A stretch of 63,441 nucleotides of DNA, the filler included, from Euprymna scolopes (Eukaryota), in NCBI GenBank assembly GCA_053919585.1. It is 4 parts of 4 records of this genome, joined end to end, with 100 filler letters (N's around TTAATTAATTAA, not from the genome) between each part and the next. Parts side by side here need not be neighbours in the genome. Positions count along the whole stretch, not along the records: positions 1 to 27,068 come from CM132805.1; 3 more parts are not named here. One strand, given 5' to 3'. A program made the position numbers and the translations under genes. Of this stretch, positions 13,270 through 23,519 are shown piece after piece (position 1 is the first letter of the stretch; each line of letters starts with the position of its first letter). The notes under the pieces were generated by a model. The model did not search any database. It was given only the letters and a program-made list of their open reading frames with translations, and was not told the DNA's origin.

Positions 13270-13900
13270 AAAGAGATCACCACTTACCAAGGCTGCTTGA
13301 GGATAAGAGTTAATGAATGTTAGGTAGATGGTGTGACCACACCCTGATGATCAGTAATGATGGAACTTGAGTAGAGTATATATAACGGGACGATTCAACA
13401 AGAATTTATTTATATTAGACTTGAAATGTTATAGTCATCTAGGAAGCATTCCCATGGTATTGTTCTACGTACAGACAGTTCTTAGAAAGAAACTGTACTC
13501 ATGGAATTTTCTTTTAGTTTTAGGCACAGATAGAGAGCAAGGAAAATTGTTGTTAGCTGTTGTAGCTAAACGTGTGTTGTGAATGCTTTACAGGGGGGAT
13601 CTGTGCCCACCACTGTTAAACGATTGTCAAACAATAGCAGCCACCTGGTAACTAGAGGCAAAACAGAAATGCTCCAAACCTAACCTGCATCACTTTCGCT
13701 CCTGGTTTGTAGGCGAAAAACACTGTCTAAATTGTATGGAGTGCCAGTTGAGTACCTGCTATGAAAATAATGATAGAGCAGAGACAGACTTGCAACATCT
13801 CTTCTGCGAAAAAGTGGAAGTCGGGCGGCGAAAAGGTACTTGCCCACTAGATTTCGAAGATGGTTTTTCATGTGCAAGAAATGTGAAACAACAATGGAGA
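13270..13900 (-). mobile_element. Degenerate CR1-type LINE 3' fragment interrupted by filler DNA
   Basis: RRRDVASLSLLYHYFH; 3' tail motif TCACCACTTACCAAGGC...GGATAAG shared with the 23.5-kb copy. Confidence 0.75.
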
Positions 13901-13974
13901 CAGATTAGAAATCAAATGTAGAGAAAGTGTATTTGGATAGTAAAAAATATTGATATTGTCCAGCAGTTTAGCTG

Positions 13975-14158
13975 GTCATGATTAGAACTAGGACAACAGC
14001 ATATTCTTTTTATTGTTTTGACTCTCGAGTGTGTATCCGTTGATATCTCATATGCTTTTATATAGAGTGATGTGGTTCCCAGTTGATTAACTGTGTCTGA
14101 TATGTACTTAAGAGTCAAAACAATGAGAATATGCTGTTGTCTTAGTCCTAGTCATGAT
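13975..14158. mobile_element. MITE with ~55-bp TIRs; second family member at about 59329-59530
   Basis: TCATGATTAGAACTAGGACAACAGCATATTCT.../...AGAATATGCTGTTGTCTTAGTCCTAGTCATGA; the core ATATGCTTTT..GTGATGTG..GTTGATTAACTGT is shared with the 59.4-kb copy. Confidence 0.7.
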
Positions 14159-14469
14159 ATGATTGGAACATAAGAAGCTGGTGCTCGGATGATTACAAGA
14201 ACTAGGATTGGATGGAGTAAGTTAAGTCAGGAGAGTAATAAGTCGATCTTAGCAGCTATATAACTTCCTTTATTTTATCCTTTAGTCCTCACATTCCAAG
14301 AACAATGTTTCTAACAAAGGGGAAAGAATTGCTGTTTTCTGGGTCAGAATATATCCCATCTAACACTTATTGTTGGCAAGTTTTTGACCTTGAAGTAGTA
14401 TCTTTTTTTTTTTTTTAGCTTCTTACATCAAGTGGCTTCATGCCTTGTCTGAAGCAACTTCCATAAAAC

Positions 14470-14880
14470 AAAAAAGTTCAGGGAACTTTTGCCATTACTA
14501 ACTACCAATGTGTTACCACTGTTGACCAAGGGGAGAGTCTAGCAGGCGTGTGTTCGCAGTGTAATACTGTTTAGAAGTGAAACCTGGCTAGTGAGGATTG
14601 AGGACATGCGTTGCATGGAGAGAAATGATATGAGAATGATATGATGAATGTGTAATGCAAGTCTTAAGACATGCTTAGTTCTGATGCCCCGGGGAGGGGG
14701 GGGATTTAATCTGGACAGTAAGAGGAGATGTGTGCAAAACAGAAGACTTTAATGCTATGGTTAATTTGAAACAATGGATGAGAGTTCTTGGATTTGTAGA
14801 GGTAGAACAGTTGAGGTTGCAGGGTCAGTAGGCAGACATAAGCCAAAGAAAACATGGAAGGAAGTGATAATGATGGAGCT
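14470..14880 (+). mobile_element. Degenerate RTE-type LINE fragment
   Basis: Translation KFRELLPLLT...KGRV*QACVRSVILFRSETW...MERNDMRMI is typical of the RTE post-RT region; internal stops. Confidence 0.75.
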
Positions 14881-14994
14881 GAGAAAAAAAAAGGATAAAG
14901 ACCTGCCTCATGATAGGTTTGTGTGGAAATCAATTTCTTAGGCCTATCCAACATTTTTTTTTTTTTTTTTAGAAGCAGTATTCACCTTAGATAT

Positions 14995-15225
14995 GTTGAA
15001 CCAGTTTCCTCCGAAGGAAAAAGTTTCATGAGAATATTAAATGTGTATCATGATTAGGAAAAATGATTTTTTTTCAGTTCTTACATGGAGATGTCAATGT
15101 CTGCCTACATACAATGCCTGGTATTTCCAAATGGTCACCATTTTGTACTGACCAGGATCAATGTTGCTCAACTTTGGAGATCTAACAAGAACCAGTGTGC
15201 CAATGTGATTATGCTATATATGCCA
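14995..15225 (-). mobile_element. 5S rRNA-derived SINE (degenerate)
   Basis: Reverse complement of a 5S-like head at about 15110-15225; the body (TGTAGG..GACATTGACA...GAGGAAACTGGTTCAA) matches the 16.9-kb copy. Confidence 0.7.
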
Positions 15226-15850
15226 GCATATAAAACAACTGTCAAACCTAATACGATGAGGCACAATCCAACGTAGCAACGTTAACTATGTTGACAGGGT
15301 CAGCAAAGAACATCTGTAAGTGATAACCAAGGTGGTGGATGCGATCAATTTGATCAAAACGTTGAAGATGTGTCAGTCATCTTGTTTGAAGAATCAACAA
15401 TGACAGAATGGATGCTGAACAATATCACCCACCCAGCCAAGAAGATGACATGATCTGCGGTAACTAGAGGCAAAACAAAATTAGAAGTAGATAGTTCGGC
15501 AGAGGCAGCCCTGAACGATTCGTTATAATTTATGCCAATATATTTGCAAGAATCTAAATAATATTTTTTTAAAATCAAATAAATAAGGATAATAATTTCC
15601 TGCAAAAATGCTCCAAACATAATCTGCATCACTTTTGCTCACGATTTGTAGGCGAAAAACATTGTCCAAACTGAAAGGAGATGTTTTTCTACATACTCTA
15701 TGTTCTACTTTATAAGTGTTGAGCACTTTTTTTTTTTTAACCAAGAACTTTTACATTATCAAATTGAAATTGCAAAGTAGATTTACAAAATTTAATATGA
15801 AAAATGAAATATCTTACAAAAAAAAATAAATAAATAAATAAATACAAAAC

Positions 15851-16317
15851 TTTGGTGCTTGTTTACGTGGGTGACCTTTAAACCAACTCATTTCATTGAA
15901 AACATTACATACTTACGTTTCATGGCAAAATTAGTATAAATTCAAACACTAAGAAAAAAAACAAAACAATTACAAGTAAAAAAAACAACAACAAAAAAAA
16001 AACACCAGTCTACACAAGCACCGATAAGTGAAAACACTATTACGTAGTTACATATGGCAAAATTAGTATAAATTCCTAAAATTATGAAAGTCAAGAGTTA
16101 TCTCCCTTGTATTTTTTGGCAGCTCAACTCTTCCACATTAAAACGTACAATAAAACTCAGTAATTTGATAAATTCTATTTTTTACTTGTAATCAATTTTC
16201 TGCTCAACCATTTTTCATGATTTTTTTTTTTTTAATTTTACACAAATTTCGACATGACATGTTTTCACCTGAAATGAGTTTGGTTTTAAAAGATAACTAA
16301 TGTAAACAAGCACTAAA
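15851..16317. mobile_element. MITE-like element with ~45-bp imperfect TIRs
   Basis: TTTGGTGCTTGTTTAC...AACTCATTTCA versus TGAAATGAGTT...GTAAACAAGCACTAAA. Confidence 0.6.
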
Positions 16318-16830
16318 CCTTTTTTCTTTAATTCTTGTGTAGTTAAAAGAATTATCTCCCTTATTTTTGATAGTTATCTCCTTTTGTTTCTGCAAGAGGG
16401 TGATATAAGACGATTCCGTCTTACTTACCCATAATATTTGATTTTCTTATAAAACTTATTAAACTACTTGATCAATTCACATAATTTTTGGAATATGATG
16501 TTTCGTTCAGTCATGGGTACGTACATTATACAGAACCTTTCTTTTTTTCTTAAATAAATGTTCCAATTTATTGGCCTCCTCACAAGGGTAGAGTTAAACA
16601 CAAGATCTTTTTTTTAATGCAGGAAAATCCAACTCCTAAAAAGGGGCACTCTGAATGGAGACAAAAGAATAAAAGTTTCCTCTGTGTAGAAGGATTTCTC
16701 CTTCACTGACTAAGGATAGAATGGATGTAGTGTTCTTGTTGTAGCAATTTCCATTCTGGTCGGGTTGAATCAGCTTTCCTGGTCTACACTCCATTTTGGC
16801 TTCATGAGATAGATAACAACCATGATTCAT

Positions 16831-17075
16831 ATCCAACATTATCATGTTAACACACCGGTCCTCGTTAGATCACCGAAGTTAAGCAACGTCGAACCTGGTC
16901 AATACCAAATGGGTAACCATTTGAGAATAACAGGTGCTGTTTGTAGGAGGACATTGACACCTCCCTGCAATATCGGCATCTCCCCTGATGGAGATATATA
17001 TGCAACTGGAGACAGCTTCTGAATTTCATACTTCCATGAATCTTCCACCTTCAGAGGAAACCGGTTCAAGAGTTA
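16831..17075 (+). mobile_element. 5S rRNA-derived SINE
   Basis: ACACCGGTCCTCGTTAGATCACCGAAGTTAAGCAACGTCGAACCTGGTCAATACCAAATGGGTAACC...GGTGCTGT is 5S-like, followed by a non-5S body. Confidence 0.8.
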
Positions 17076-17280
17076 ATGCTGGTTCGGTACGGTAATCATA
17101 ATTATACCATTGACGATGGACCTTCTATGCAGCTGAGAGCTCAACCAAATCGTTCTTAATGGTTTTTGTCAACCAATACGCTTTTGCCGATGGATTGAAG
17201 TGGATTCGTTTGTTTTACAGCATATAAACCACCTAGGAGTTATTTTATGCCAAATAATGTTGTCAAATATAATTACCTAG

Positions 17281-17314
<34 letters not shown>

Positions 17315-18244
17315 TCATTGAATACATTGCTCTCAGAAAAAATGGCTCATAGATGAAAATTACAGCAAGTGGGAAGAAAAGAATACTCTTAGAAGGGAAT
17401 TTTACAGAGAGAGAAACATTTTTCTTTAAAAAAAAAACATTACTCCTTAAAAAAAATCATCACTCCTTAAAAACCATTAATCTTTAGCATTAGTAAATTT
17501 CTTCCCACCAAAAATTTACCCTCAGCCACCACCACCTAACATCTATTTGAGCAGAAAAGTAAAAAGGAGGAACAAGGTTTTGATTTTTTAAAGAATCAAA
17601 TTAAATAGTTGTTGTGGAGGAATTTATAGATACTAATACTTAATTGGATCAGGCTTCTCCGACCTCCTGCCTACAAGATGTAAGGGCCAAGGTGAAAGAA
17701 TAGCTCAACCACCCAGATCCTGTCCTAAAGCATCACAGGTCGCCATCTAAAGCCTACTGGTGGTTCTGTTTTCAGAGCGGTTTTACCCATCTGCATGGGG
17801 TTGCAGTCGGTGAATTCATAAACCCTGCTGAAACAGCAATTGGATGAGGAGTCAGCAAAAGTGTTTACATTGAAAAATCAAACAATGGCACAATGTTAGT
17901 CCCAATTCTTGATTAATAGTAACTTACAAAAATAAAAAATACAAATATATAATATATAAAACACTAGTGTATGACTGCCAGTTTGTAGCTTTCACTGTTT
18001 GTGTGAGCTACGATGTTTTATTGTGGAAATAATTATATATCATTTCACATTAAAACAAAAAAATCTAATATCAATTTGCTCACTGGGTTAGCTTGTCAGA
18101 TGCCATCATCCCAGTCAGTGCAAAAATCCTACTTGTGAGACATCAATCTGGGTTCTTTGTAGTTGGACGACTTGTTAAGAAGTAGGTCTATTCCAACCGA
18201 ACTTCACCTCTGTTTGCTTGATCTGTGTTAGTCATTAGAGTTTC

Positions 18245-18440
18245 TGGTATGTGGTATGGTGGTTCAGGTAGTAGCATACTCGTCTGCATGTAAATGACTC
18301 GGGTTTCAAATCCCAAGTTCAGACATATTCCACTGATGAGCCCAAAAGAGGGCAAAACTAGAGTTCAGGACTTCCAGTTTGTGGCTTTCATGGTTTGTGT
18401 GAACTGCAACATTGTTTGATTATGGAAATATTAAATATAC
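18245..18440 (+). mobile_element. tRNA-headed SINE-like element with degenerate hammerhead motif (18329-18370)
   Basis: B-box-like GGTTTCAAATCCC at about 18302, then CTGATGA GCCC-AAAAGA-GGGC AAAAC TAGAGTT. Its 3' tail (CCAGTTTGTGGCTTTCATGGTTTGTGTGAAC) has a diverged direct copy at about 17978-18035. Confidence 0.6.
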
Positions 18441-18559
18441 AAATGTAGTGTCTATGATAAACAAACTTAATTATTTGCAACATATTTCCACACATATATA
18501 TATTAGTTGATTGAAACAAATATTGTCTGTTTAAATGTAATTACGACAAGCATACATAC

Positions 18560-18767
18560 CCTGCCTGCATAATGATCTGTGGTATTTTAAGTTCGACATG
18601 TGGTTTTGAGACTAGATCTAACTCCCATGCACTACCAGGAGAGGGTACATTATCGAGACAGCAACCATTCGAGCTCAAATCTAACGGCTGATGGGAGGAG
18701 TCCATTTGAGCATTCTGTGTATAATATTGCGGGCAATATGGCATAAGTTCTGGCGTACATTTGAAAC
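18560..18767 (-). CDS. E93: E93 internal exon containing the PLDLS (CtBP-binding) motif
   Basis: Acceptor ttttgcag|GT and donor GG|gtatgt. Translates (G)FKCTPELMPYCPQYYTQNAQMDSSHQPLDLSSNG...IMQA(G). Phase 1 in and phase 2 out, matching both neighbouring exons. Confidence 0.88.
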
Positions 18768-19087
18768 CTGCAAAAACGAAAGAAAAAAATATATCAATTA
18801 AAAAAAATACAAAAAAATATTAGTGAACAAACTTTGAAGCAAGATATAGAATTGTCCTTTTTAATCACTATGGTAGACATATAATCATTTCAAATTCACT
18901 TGCATACTGTGCTCAATACTTTCTCAGACAGAGCTTAAAATTACATAAAAAAAGTTGTCTTGTGCACTTGCATGCAATCTGGAGATGGTTTGATCTGAAT
19001 GTGGGATTGGATTCACAATGAAGTGCATTAAACTATGGTAACAGGATAAAACAACTTTTTTTATATTTAATATATATATAGAGAGAG

Positions 19088-19838
19088 AGAGAAAATAAAA
19101 AGGAACAACCCGTATTATGTGTTCATCAACGTTTCGTCTATTTCGAGACTTCCTCTGGATGAATGAGATTTAGAAACCAAAAAAAATATACCAGTACAAA
19201 ATATTTGAAAATGTTTCACGTGCACAGTGTGACGCAGTTCTATTTCAGAGAAACGGAAAAATGATGTTGGAAATTCAAAAAAGGAGGGGGAGGGCTGGCG
19301 CTGTTAAAGAAAAGGAAATTTTAGTGACGTCATACAGTCGTTAATGTAATTGTAAAACTATGAACGCAAGTTTATATTCTTATTGGGAAAAAGATATATC
19401 TGTTGAAATTCAAATATAAGTTTGTAACAGAAATGAAATGAGTGTTTTTTATGTAATTTATTGATTGAGATTATGTGTTAATTATTACAGGGGGTGTTGA
19501 ATGGTGTGAGAAAGTTAACCTGTGTCCACAGTTAAATAATGATAAGAATATAAACTTGCGTTCATAGTTTTACAATTACATTAACGACTATATGACGTCA
19601 CTAAAATTTCCTTCTCTTTAACAGCGCCAGCCCTCCCCCTCCTTTTTTGAATTTCCAACATCATTTTTCCGTTTCTCTGAAATAGAACTGCGTCACACTG
19701 TGCACGTGAAACATTTTCAAATATTTTGTACTGGTATATTTTTTTGGTTTCTTAATCTCATTTATCCAGAGGAAGTCTCGAAATAAAGACGAAACGTTGA
19801 TGAACACATAATACGGTTTGTTCCTTTTTATTTTCTCT
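19088..19838. mobile_element. Long inverted repeat (arms 19088-19383 and 19542-19838, ~296 bp, 158-bp spacer) with minimal hammerhead-like motifs near both outer ends
   Basis: The arms are near-perfect reverse complements. TTCATC CAGAGGA A GTCT-CGAAAT-AGAC GAAAC GTT GATGAA lies at 19122-19163 (-), with its twin at 19761-19804 (+). Confidence 0.9.
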
Positions 19839-20062
19839 ATTTTGTCGGAATACTATTTCCATTATTTTCATCATATATATCACTTGCTTTTGCCTTCTTT
19901 CCTCAACCCTGACAACATTCCATTCTTTGCATTGTGATAGCCTTCTAACACACACATATATTAAACAAAAAAAAAAGAAAAGAAAAAAAGTTATACCTAG
20001 CAGGGGTAGAGGTTTAAGCTTCTAACCATGGGGTCCTGATTTTGAATCTCGCTAGACTCAGC

Positions 20063-20100
20063 CACTCTGATGAGTCGTAGATGACGAAACAGGTGTCAGT
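20063..20100 (+). ncRNA. Minimal type I hammerhead ribozyme, intact core
   Basis: ACT CTGATGA GTCG-TAGA-TGAC GAAAC AGGT GTC^AGT; predicted cleavage after 20097. Confidence 0.8.
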
Positions 20101-20368
20101 AGATAGTTATATTTTAAACAATATATATGCTACTCTCCATATTTGGGGTACCAAATTAGTAAAGGGGAAAATTATTCCCAATTCGCATGCAGGTAAAAAT
20201 GCACTTTCATGTAAACGATTGAATTCATTTAAAAGTATCACAAACAAAACCAAATAAATAACATCTACATAAAATGCGATACATCCAGCAGTCGTGCAAG
20301 ATAGCCCAGGGGTAGAGGTTTAGGCTTCTAACCATGGGGTCCCGGTTATGAATCTCGTTAGATTCAGC

Positions 20369-20407
20369 CACTCTGATGAGTCGTAGACAACGAAACAGGT
20401 GTCAGTG
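20369..20407 (+). ncRNA. Minimal type I hammerhead ribozyme, intact core
   Basis: CACT CTGATGA GTCG-TAGA-CAAC GAAAC AGGT GTC^AGTG; predicted cleavage after 20403; one stem II mismatch. Confidence 0.78.
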
Positions 20408-20699
20408 AATAATTATATTTTAAACTATATAAATAAAATCTCCGAAACAGTTTTTCATGGTAAACAACTGATGATCCCTTACATGACATTGGAACTAGTG
20501 TGAATTTGTGAAAGCAAATTTATGCAGTGATTGTAGAAGATTACATAATTGAGTTACTCGTGAAATAATTTCCCAATGAAGGACTAAAATCTTTCTTATA
20601 TTTAGTTTTAAAAGGTTGAAAAACTTTCAACATCATCGCTAGCAAAACTCAGAAGATACGAGCATACATTTTGCTCATTAGGATTGAGCCAACCCAAGC

Positions 20700-21075
20700 T
20701 ACAAAGTGTTTTAGGTGATCCACGTAGGGCAACCTTGTGTCAAACACACTTCAGATGTCACCATTCGCTACAGCAAACGTGTTTGACATGCAGGTCCAGG
20801 AAGGCATTTTACCGCAGGTTGCTGGTACATCATTACGTGGAGTACTGCTTTGCTGCCTAACCGCCAGGTGAGTTTATTCGAGGATACATCTTTCCCAGTG
20901 AATTAAACGATTAAACGCGCCCCTAGATACCAACTTGGAAATTTCTATGATTCAACGCAATACATATAGCGCTTAGCTTTCCCAAATGGTCACCCATCTG
21001 GTACTGGCCAGGCTCATCATTTTTAAACTTCAGTGATCTAGTGAGAACCGGTGTTGTGACGGGAATGTGCTGTAT
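20700..21075 (-). mobile_element. 5S rRNA-derived SINE (head about 20975-21075); extent of body approximate
   Basis: Minus strand ACACCGGTTCTCACTAGATCACTGAAGTT...GAGCCTGGCCAGTACCAGATGGGTGACCATTTGGGAA. Confidence 0.7.
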
Positions 21076-21390
21076 ATACTATATATTAATATAAATACAG
21101 ATTGTCACTTCAGTTTTTTCAGATTACATAATATGTACCATGTTTACGTAATTTCATAATTTAGCGAGGTACTTAAAATTGGATTTATGCTTTAAGTTTT
21201 CTATCAGGCATTGTTATTTTTTTTGTGTGTGTTTTTTTTTTCAAAGTACAGATGATACTGCTCTCAAATCCTACTCTGAAGAAAGATACTGATTGCAATT
21301 AAATTGTGTTATGCACATAGTTTTAAATCTTATGCACACACATGAAAGACAATGATATATATATATATATATACACATCCATATACTCAC

Positions 21391-21433
21391 CTGAGTGTAC
21401 TTTTTTTGTTCCATCTTCATTCAGTTCAGAGCC
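21391..21433 (-). CDS. E93: E93 43-nt internal exon
   Basis: Acceptor atttcag| and donor |gtgagt. Translates GSELNEDGTKKVHS(G). Phase 0 in and phase 1 out, bridging the 23159 and 18767 exons in frame. Confidence 0.8.
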
Positions 21434-21792
21434 CTGAAATTTAAAGAATTACATAAATTAAACAGGAGAAACAAAACTAAATATAAAAGAAGAAAAAATC
21501 AATTTACTGCATCAAAATGTGAGTTTACTTTTTCTTATTAAATATTTTTTTATTGTAGAAAATTACAATATTGTAATAAAGCTGCTCATTTATATTGATC
21601 TTTCGATCAAAAACAATTACCTACATTAAGTATTTACAAGTAGAATTTAATATGTTTTTATTCAGAAGTAGTATTGTTTTTCTTATATATGTTGTGTATG
21701 ACATTCTATTGAAGATATATTAAGTTATATACACTAATCCTACACCATGGTGTACCACCCAAATCCTGCATAGAGTTTTGTTCCATCGAAAA

Positions 21793-22342
21793 ACTACACA
21801 AAGCCATGCCCCCAAAAACCTACACAAAGCCATGCCCCCAAAAACCTACACAAAGCCATGCCCCCAAAAACCTACACAAAGCCATGCCCCCAAAAACCTA
21901 CACAAAGCCATGCCCCCAAAAACCTACACAAAGCCATGTCCCCAAATACCTACACAAAGCCATGTCCCCAAATACCTACACAAAGCCATGTCCCCAAATA
22001 CCTACACAAAGCCATGTCCCCAAATACCTACACAAAGCCATGTCCCCAAATACCTACACAAAGCCATGTCCCCAAAAACCTACACAAAGCCATGTCCCCA
22101 AAAACCTACACAAAGCCATGTCCCCAAAAACCTACACAAAGCCATGTCCCCAAAAACCTACACAAAGCCATGTCCCCAAAAACCTACACAAAGCCATGTC
22201 CCCAAAAACCTACACAAAGCCATGTCCCCAAAAACCTACACAAAGCCATGTCCCCAAAAACCTACACAAAGCCATGTCCCCAAAAACCTACACCAATCCA
22301 TGTCCCCAAAAACCTACACCAATCCATGTCCCCAAAAACCTA
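21793..22342. repeat. 26-bp minisatellite, 21 copies (CCTACACAAAGCCATGYCCCCAAAWA), in an E93 intron
   Basis: Direct reading; variant units occur in blocks. Confidence 0.97.
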
Positions 22343-23158
22343 TCAGTGCATTATAACCTTTATGTTTCAATTGTGTAAAACATGTTCAAAATTTTTTAAT
22401 CATTCACTTTTGTTTGTAAGTAAAATATTGAGGTAGATAATAAATCCTGAATAATCAGATTTCATTACATTGTTACTTAAATTTTAGATTCAAAAGACAA
22501 AAGGAGCATTTTCTTACCTGCATCTCCAGACATAAATGATAAAAAACAAAAATGATAAAAAACAACAACAAAAAAAAAACCCAACAATAATCTCAAACCA
22601 AGTGTCTTTTGGTCATCTGTTGCATGGTATTCTAAGTGCGGGAGTGGATCAACATGGCTGCCAGAGAAATCACTAATCAAGTTTGTGGGTTCATATTTTA
22701 ATAGGTGTGTTCAAGTATAAAAAACAAAAGTCATGAAACTTGTTGCATGGAATGAAAGCCATTAAAAAGAGAATTGCCTAAAAATGTAACAAATCAAAAA
22801 TGATATTGATTGAATTGAGATCTAAGAGAACGCACCTGCATGACCTGCTTTTTTGTTGTTGTTATTTATTTATTTATTTATTTATTGAAGTCAAAGGGAA
22901 TGAGACTTCCCAGCTGCTGAAAACACACAAATGAATACATCAGTTCCCACATCAGAGGTGAGAATTTAAAGAAGAAATAAAAAACAGAGTTTTCTTTACA
23001 ACTACAAAGGTTATTTTAAAAAAAGATACACTAAACAAATGTCACACTGAGGATGACCTAATGGGAAAAAAAAAAGACCAAATGCAATTCTGTTTGTACA
23101 AAACAATAAAAAAAGAAGAAAAAGAAAAAAAAAAAAGGTAAGCAGGAAAATGACTTAC

Positions 23159-23235
23159 GGGATCAGTTATTTTTGTGTTACAATAAAAACAGTTTTCGTC
23201 CGGCTCCCAATCAGTAACTTCATCTGTTTCTAGGC
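23159..23235 (-). CDS. E93: E93/LCORL N-terminal-region exon (DWxxDExCxxC motif)
   Basis: Acceptor cttttctttctacag| and donor |gtaagt. Translates LETDEVTDWEPDENCFYCNTKITDP, resembling the vertebrate LCORL segment EPEELTDWSMDEKCSFC (recalled, not aligned by tool). Phase 1 in, phase 0 out. Confidence 0.85.
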
Positions 23236-23487
23236 CTGTAGAAAGAAAAGGGAGGAAAGTTTTTTCCCATTAGAAAAACAAGTAAAAACCGGTGGGCAAT
23301 CTACAAACGACTCGTGAGAGACTAAATAGATCAGAAGAATAAACTCGCCGTCGTTGTCGTTAACAATTAGGCTTTCATAGTTGACGTGACAGTATTTAAC
23401 ACAATGTATGCGTTTTATCAAAAATGGAAATCAATTAGGTAGAGGTGGAATTAAACATGCAGAATCGGCATATAGTTTAGAGCCATA

Positions 23488-23519
<32 letters not shown>

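Larger units (their letters stand above)
19998..20430 (+). mobile_element. Tandem pair of tRNA-head plus hammerhead units (retrozyme/SINE-like), 306-nt spacing
   Basis: Direct repeats of ~130 bp at about 19998-20127 and 20295-20430. Each has A-box-like TAGCCCAGGGGTAGAG, B-box-like GGTTATGAATCTC, then CACT CTGATGA GTCG-TAGA-(T/C)(G/A)AC GAAAC AGGT GTC AGT. Confidence 0.8.

Noticed and set aside
15290-15715. Possible exon or piggyBac C-terminal cysteine-rich remnant (ICRRKTLSK...DVFLHTLC)
   Set aside because: Similarity too short and degenerate to support; the E93 exon phases are already satisfied without it.
16831-16945. Functional 5S rRNA gene
   Set aside because: Diverged ends, no oligo-T terminator directly after the 5S-like part, and it continues into a body shared with another dispersed copy; treated as a SINE head.
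21778-22436. Three overlapping ~190-aa ORFs
   Set aside because: A stop-free 26-bp unit cycles through all three frames; it is intronic and antisense to E93.
23043-23070. CTGAGGATGACC...GGGAAA hammerhead-like start; also CTGATGAG on the minus strand near 59771-59778
   Set aside because: No complete stem II, GAAAC, stem III and stem I arrangement.
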